Shown in pieces: positions 54,383 to 54,887 of a DNA stretch of 54,887 bases. Both the position numbers and the translations under genes were made by a program. This DNA comes from Caulobacteraceae bacterium. GTDB lineage: Bacteria; Pseudomonadota; Alphaproteobacteria; Caulobacterales; Caulobacteraceae. Numbering within the stretch: position 1 is the stretch's first letter; each line of letters starts with the position of its first letter. Location of the stretch: NCBI GenBank assembly GCA_035648435.1, contig DASRLN010000213.1, forward strand, positions 1-54,887, written 5' to 3'. The notes under the pieces are model-generated. The model had not been told where the DNA came from. It saw only the letters and a list, made by a program, of their open reading frames with translations, and searched no databases.

Positions 54383-54887
54383 GGCCGCCACGAAGACGTC
54401 CTGGCTGCGCTGGACCATCGACGGGGCGCCGGCGGTGGCCTTTCTCGCCGTGCTGCTGATCACCCACGATTTCCGTCTCGCCACCTGGTGGGTGGTCGGC
54501 GGCTCGGCCGTGGCCCTGGCCGCCGGCCTCGTCCTCGAACGGAGGATCGCCCCCCTGCCGGCGGTGAGCGGCGGCATGGCGATGGTGTTCGGCGGGGCCA
54601 GCCTGATCCTGCACCGCGCCGACATCCTGCAGATGAAGATGACCATCGTCGATGCGGTCCTGGGCGCGGTCCTCTTCGGCGGCCTGGCGATCCGGAAGAA
54701 CCCGCTGAAATTCATTCTCGGCGGCGCCTTCGCTCTTACCGACAAGGCCTGGGGGGTGCTGGCGGTCCGCTATGGTCTGTTCTGGTGGGCCTGCGCCGTG
54801 GCCAACGAATTCGTCCGCCGCACCCAGACCGCCGAGACCTGGGGCATATTCCGGGTCGCCGTCATCGTCGCCGCCGTCGTCTTCGCC
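54375..54887 (+). CDS. yciB: Inner membrane protein YciB/IspZ (partial, runs off the right edge)
   Basis: MPEAATKTSWLRWTIDGAP...VFGGASL...MKMTI...NEFVRR; follows ftsY. Confidence 0.85.
   Translation, partial: MPEAATKTSWLRWTIDGAPAVAFLAVLLITHDFRLATWWVVGGSAVALAAGLVLERRIAPLPAVSGGMAMVFGGASLILHRADILQMKMTIVDAVLGAVLFGGLAIRKNPLKFILGGAFALTDKAWGVLAVRYGLFWWACAVANEFVRRTQTAETWGIFRVAVIVAAVVFA

Overview
High-GC alphaproteobacterial DNA, most likely Caulobacteraceae (inferred from host gene order and repeat types). Positions 1 to ~34380 are the right-hand part of an integrated podovirus-type prophage with a BPP-1/epsilon15/T7-like virion module. On the minus strand it carries Cro, primase and helicase, an iteron-rich putative origin, terminase, portal, scaffold, an HNH endonuclease, major capsid, tail adaptor and nozzle, four probable ejection proteins and a lysis cassette. 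On the plus strand it carries a CI repressor, an early operon (GapR homolog, excisionase-like, DUF6948-like plus a Gly-X repeat ORF, ASCH) and a tyrosine integrase followed by att-like repeats. The left prophage end lies outside the window. Positions ~34380-54887 are host genes: hydrolases, pntAA/AB/B, mazEF, an ABC transporter, oxyR, vapBC, a P450 with a LuxR-type regulator, prolyl oligopeptidase, dapF, an SDR, mtaB, ftsY and yciB, plus REP-like elements. The most notable observations are: (1) a Tlde1/L,D-transpeptidase-fold gene in the endolysin slot; (2) a nozzle gene split inside an inserted discoidin-like domain, with an in-frame G-GGT-TTC -1 slippery site that could rejoin the halves; (3) a probable injected polyvalent protein with ParB-like and LPD3-like domains; (4) a shared GCGTTGCRC-N15-YAGNNT late-promoter motif; (5) a symmetric TGCAACC iteron array. 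All family calls are by-eye motif recognition; no searches were run.
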